A stretch of 64,000 bases of DNA from Acanthaster planci (lineage: Eukaryota): positions 5,791,068 through 5,855,067 of the forward strand of contig NW_019091355.1 of assembly GCF_001949145.1 (NCBI RefSeq), given 5' to 3'. Position numbers and translations under genes: made by a program. Numbering within the stretch: position 1 is the first letter of the stretch; every line of letters starts with the position of its first letter. Shown piece by piece: positions 59,601-64,000 of this stretch. The notes under the pieces are model-generated. The model searched no databases. It was not told the DNA's origin and was given only the letters and a program-made list of their open reading frames with translations.

Positions 59601-62341
59601 ATCCAAACGTCCTTTTTAAATTTACTCCGCCTTCAAACTTTTGCTTCTTTTTCGGGGGCATGGCCCTGTCCCCCCCCGCTCATTCAACAATGACTTTGAA
59701 GAGTGGTCGTGTAAATTACCGAATTTCATCCGACCCATTGGGTTCACAGGATATGCCAGAGATCATTGAAAGTTTTTTTTTTTGGGGGGGGGGGCGTTGA
59801 ATTTTTTGTGGGGCGATGGTTCCAAGGTTCCCCAAAGCATGAAGGAAAAGTCAATGACCAGATTAAGTAAAGCTGAAAACTTACAGTAACAGATTTTCCT
59901 ATCCTCTGAAAACTATGTATAGGTCTAGTTATGAATCTACAATACATATGCCTAAAGGCTAATCTTTCCACACGAGCACTTACCGCACAATACTCCTGTG
60001 GGTCGCACTTCCGTGTGCGTAGAAGCCACAAACCAAACGCAACGTGGTGGTTATTGCGTCCATTTACGTAGGCCTATTTCGAGTTCGACAACTCGTTTCT
60101 TTTTTTTTCATCACATAACATTCTTACAACGTCTTTATGGTAACCATTGTTTATTTTGTAACCAATTATTGGTCGTCAAACTTGGAGTTTTTAATTCAGT
60201 GTAGTTTTTGAAATGTAATTTAACTTTTGCTCAGAATTTTTATGGCAACCAGAAATGTAGTTCGTTTCTGTTAAACTCCCACGGCTTCTTTCTAGTTTGG
60301 GAAATAATTTGGTTTGTAAACCGAATTAGCACTTGTTAGTGGTCGGAATGCCACAGTATTCTGGGCTTGTCAATTTACTCTTTCCACACTGTGTAACAGG
60401 GCAAAGCCTGTTATAAACTATATTCAAGAATTTGTATTTCCCAAACTTAGTGGTTTAATATGTGTACATTTTGTCCACTCCTGTGAAGAGTTTGCTCATT
60501 CTCCTGATCAACATTTGGACAAGAATATAAGAGACAGTAGCTCCCTATTTTGGAAAAGAGGTGATAGGCCTTCTTCCATATGTCGAACGAATGGTTATAT
60601 TCAACTTATCACGTGTTCAAAAACTTGAGACCACCACCAAATTGAACGAAGTTCATTGAACTTACACATTCGTGTGTTTTTTATTTGCACAGGCAAGCTG
60701 GCAACTTGTGGCATGCGACCCAACTATAAGAAAGAGCCAATAAGGTCTCGGACGAATTTTGTCCGTGTGGTGGCTGGAATGGAGTCTAGCAATCGCTGGC
60801 CGTGGCAGGTTGCTCTTGTCGATAAGATTTCTAAGGATCCATTCTGCGGAGGAACACTGATCGGCAGAGAACACATAGTAACAGCAGCACATTGCTTCGA
60901 TGGAAAGTAAGAATATCTCCCGCCCTTTTCACTCTGGTTGACCTGTGTAGATTAAACATTCCCCTCATCAACTCTCTATCAGTCACCTTTCCTGTTTACC
61001 TTTCGTGCCAACAGTATTTTTCAAGTCATCAAAACTAGCCAACAAAAATAGTAGATAGTAGCCTATAGCCCAAAAGTATCGATTTCAGGTAACAGACTGT
61101 TGTTACTTCCATTGGAAATGCTTATTGCAATTACCCCCATCAATGTTCAAACAGTATTAAGGCACATGGCATATATTTCCTGCCCGAATTCTGTAAGAAT
61201 GTTTCCATTACAAGCCAGACAGCATAAAATACTCACGACGCCCTCTATGTCACGATGCACAAATTTGGACATTCTAAACCTTCCATCGGACAAACAGTTT
61301 GTACGTTGCGACTTCAGTCGTTGTAATACTATAAAACATTGCCTGGACATAACAATTTTTATCTGTCCACCTTATTTCAGGAACCAAAACGATATCGTCA
61401 TAGTCCTGGGGGAGCACGACCGGTCGAGACCGGAAGGCACTGAGCAAGAATTCCCAGTGGATTGCATCCACATCCACCGCCGATACGTCAAAGATGTCCC
61501 CTACAACAACGACATCGCCGTGGTCAAGCTCAAGGTGGCTCCTGGTAACGATGTCATCATCGATGACTTCGTGATGCCTGCCTGTATGCCGGAAAAGAAT
61601 GAATTCAGAGCGGGTGATAGCTGTTACGTCACAGGATGGGGTTATACAAGTAAGAGCATATGTTTCATGCTTGTCAAGTTTGCTTTTAATGTAAACAGTC
61701 GTTCTGGAATGGGTAAGGTGCTGTTGCTGCCCCACTTAGTTCCTCCATTAATGAAACTTGGAGTCCATGACGACGTATACTTTCCTCAGTGCTGGATTTC
61801 GGAAATGATAGCAAGAAACTACGTTAATCAATAGTCAGAATGATCATAATCGTTCGTAAAGCCCTGGCTCTGTCAGTTAGTCAGAAACTAGTGGCATAGT
61901 GTTCAGCTTTGAAAGTTTAAGCCAAAACCTTTTGGATAAAAGATAAGCCGCTCTTACTTGTTTCCTGTGCCTTTCTGTGCAGATTTCGCCGACCTTCTCG
62001 TCGGCAAGAAACCACAGGTGCTGAATGAAGCCAAAGTCCCAATCCTCAGCAACAACGACTGCACACAAGCCTACGGCAGTTACATCTCCAAAAAGATGAT
62101 CTGTGCGGGCTACCTGGAAGGGGAACGGCGAGCAGACACATGCAAGGGCGATAGCGGCGGGCCGTTGATTTGTCAGAGTGGGGGAGTGTGGAAGCTTTTC
62201 GGGGTGACGTCGTGGGGGGATAACACATTCTGTAACCCTTCTCCAACCGACGCAGTGCCTGGGGTGTACACAAGGGTGGACAGATACCGAAGCTGGATTA
62301 AGAGTAAAATGGAAATGGACAACTGTCCTTCTAAAAGATGA
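56594..62341 (+). CDS. secreted trypsin-like serine protease (family S1A), paralog B, ~344 aa
   Basis: join(56594-56698,57082-57169,60693-60906,61381-61649,61983-62341). Same intron positions and phases as paralog A; R|VVAG, TAAHC, NNDIA, DTCKGDSGGP. Confidence 0.93.
57082..57169 (+). CDS. protease B exon 2 (pro-region)
   Basis: tttttttccatccag|KSARGRMNAGETDKAVSGVVTLLAGLNNP|gtacgt; phase 0-1. Confidence 0.7.
57577..57599. repeat. (AATC)n microsatellite
   Basis: aatcaatcaatcaatcaatcaat. Confidence 0.85.
60693..60906 (+). CDS. protease B exon 3 (activation site, catalytic His)
   Basis: TCGMRP...FVR|VVAGMESSNRWPWQVAL...TAAHCF. Confidence 0.94.
61381..61649 (+). CDS. protease B exon 4 (catalytic Asp)
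   Basis: LGEHD...YNNDIAVVKL...CYVTGWG. Confidence 0.95.
61983..62341 (+). CDS. protease B exon 5 (catalytic Ser, stop)
   Basis: DTCKGDSGGPLIC...GVTSWG...PGVYTRV...CPSKR*. Confidence 0.95.
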
Positions 62342-64000
62342 CTTTAATCAACCATTTAGATTATGGACAATGATAAACAAAATGGCCCAACACTTACAGT
62401 GTAGGCCCTACTCAGTTTGCTAATTTGTGTATGATGGAAAAGCTATTTATTAATATGTAAGAGTTATGTATTGAGAAACACCTATTTATATACATAATTT
62501 TTATGTGACATTTTAAAAAAGGAAGAATATTATTTTATGCGATGCATACTTGTTTGAAACAAATTATGCCGAAGTATTTAAAACTGATTTTACTACTTGA
62601 AAATTTATTTATTCCATAAAGAAAACGAGAACCTGTATTTAAGCTTGCTAACTTAACTTATTCATTAAGTGTACGTGTATTCGACATTATTTATTTTAAC
62701 TCATGAGAGGGTTGAACTTAAACGTGCAATACTATTTAAAAAAAAACAGCACAAGTATTCTTTAATCCTCTCCCAAAAGAGTGGATAAAATTTAATGTAG
62801 GCCTAGTAAATGAACACAAAATAAGTTATTTATTATTCAATATACAAAGAAAAAAAGGAGATTTTGCCTTTTTACACAAACTCAAGAATCATATCCCTAC
62901 CATCAAACTTGTCCTGGTGATCGTTAATTTTGATCAAAACTCTCGGCAATTTTTAACAAATTCAGAGCAGAAATGCTGCCATTTCCATTTAAATGAATAA
63001 AACAGTTAAGTTCTGTGTTAGATTTTCTTATTAGGAAACTAAACGATTGTAATGCAAATGTCGGTTTGGTATGTCAACTCAACATAAACGTGGAACATGA
63101 CGGTGTAAACAGACGGCAAGTCGGCACGGACAGAGGAGGATTTGGTGGTATGGATACATTTGCGTGTCAAGTTGGGACAGAGGAAACAAGTTGATCTTTG
63201 GGTTGATTTATATTTTCACTTTTACATATTATCTTAAAATAAAACATCTCAGGAAATGACCAGGAATTGCGACCAATTTTCTGGGTATTTGCCTTTTTCA
63301 GAGCAAGTGGATGTGGTCTCTATCTTTGTGTATTTTACTTACCCCCCTCCACACACCCGGTTCAGAAAAAAATTCTATTTTTTTTCGTTCCAAGTAAAAG
63401 CCCTGGCTCGCCTGCCAAATTAGCTGTTGTTTCCAAAAGGTGATTTCTTATTGTATGCTTTTGAGAAAAACACTGAACGGGAGAACATTGTGCATATTAC
63501 ATTTTAGCCTTTTCAAGCATCCTTTTTGTCTAGAAATTAAATTAGCTACAAGGTAGTATATTAATGTCCCTTTCTCCAAAGCCCATAGAACACAGCCCAC
63601 ATCTTCCCGAAAACTCACAATCAATTTACATTAGTGACAAAATGATATCAGCTGTCGCAGAAATTTTGTTCATCGATCACCCACAAGACTAGTGCTCTTG
63701 TTCCCTGGCGACGAAAAGCTGTTCAAGCAAACCGGGCGCATAACGGCCCAACGTTTTATTATTCGATATGTCAATAAATGTGGTTTGGTAAGTAAAAAGT
63801 CCCATTGGCGACAGCAGACACTGGATTCTAAGTCTACGGTTTGGAAGGGTTTTACAGACCAATCGCGGAACTGAGAGAAGAAACGGGTTCGTTCTTTGAA
63901 CAGCGGGACAATGGGAGCCGGAAGCCGACAGACAATAGGCGGGTTTTGGGGGCGATTACAAGCCACCCGTTTACGGTACAGTAATTCGTTTGTCCTCGGC

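Noticed and set aside
63670..64000. ORFs at the window end
   Set aside because: No recognisable protein. The CpG-rich sequence with CCAAT, GGCGGG and CCGGAAG motifs looks more like a promoter of a gene outside the window, but this cannot be supported.

Overview
Intron-rich animal genomic DNA (invertebrate deuterostome-like, probably echinoderm; this is an inference). Four spliced protein-coding genes could be reconstructed by hand with GT-AG sites and consistent intron phases. (1) The 3' portion (16 exons, 64-29383, +) of a BMP1/tolloid-like metalloprotease: astacin-CUB1-CUB2-EGF1-CUB3-EGF2-CUB4-CUB5. (2) A 9-coding-exon gene (39253-33018, -, ~652 aa) encoding a PIDD/DTHD1-type UPA domain followed by five exon-encoded death-fold domains in an A-B-A-B-C pattern. 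It has no recognisable ZU5/LRR/ankyrin part, and RFX X-box-like motifs lie upstream. (3,4) Two paralogous secreted trypsin-like serine protease genes arranged head-to-head (46609-44311, -; 56594-62341, +). Introns and intergenic DNA carry non-autonomous DNA transposons (piggyBac-, PIF/Harbinger- and hAT-like), tRNA-derived SINEs, a LINE 3' fragment fused to a SINE head, and mini/microsatellites. The UPA-5xDD gene is the most unusual element.
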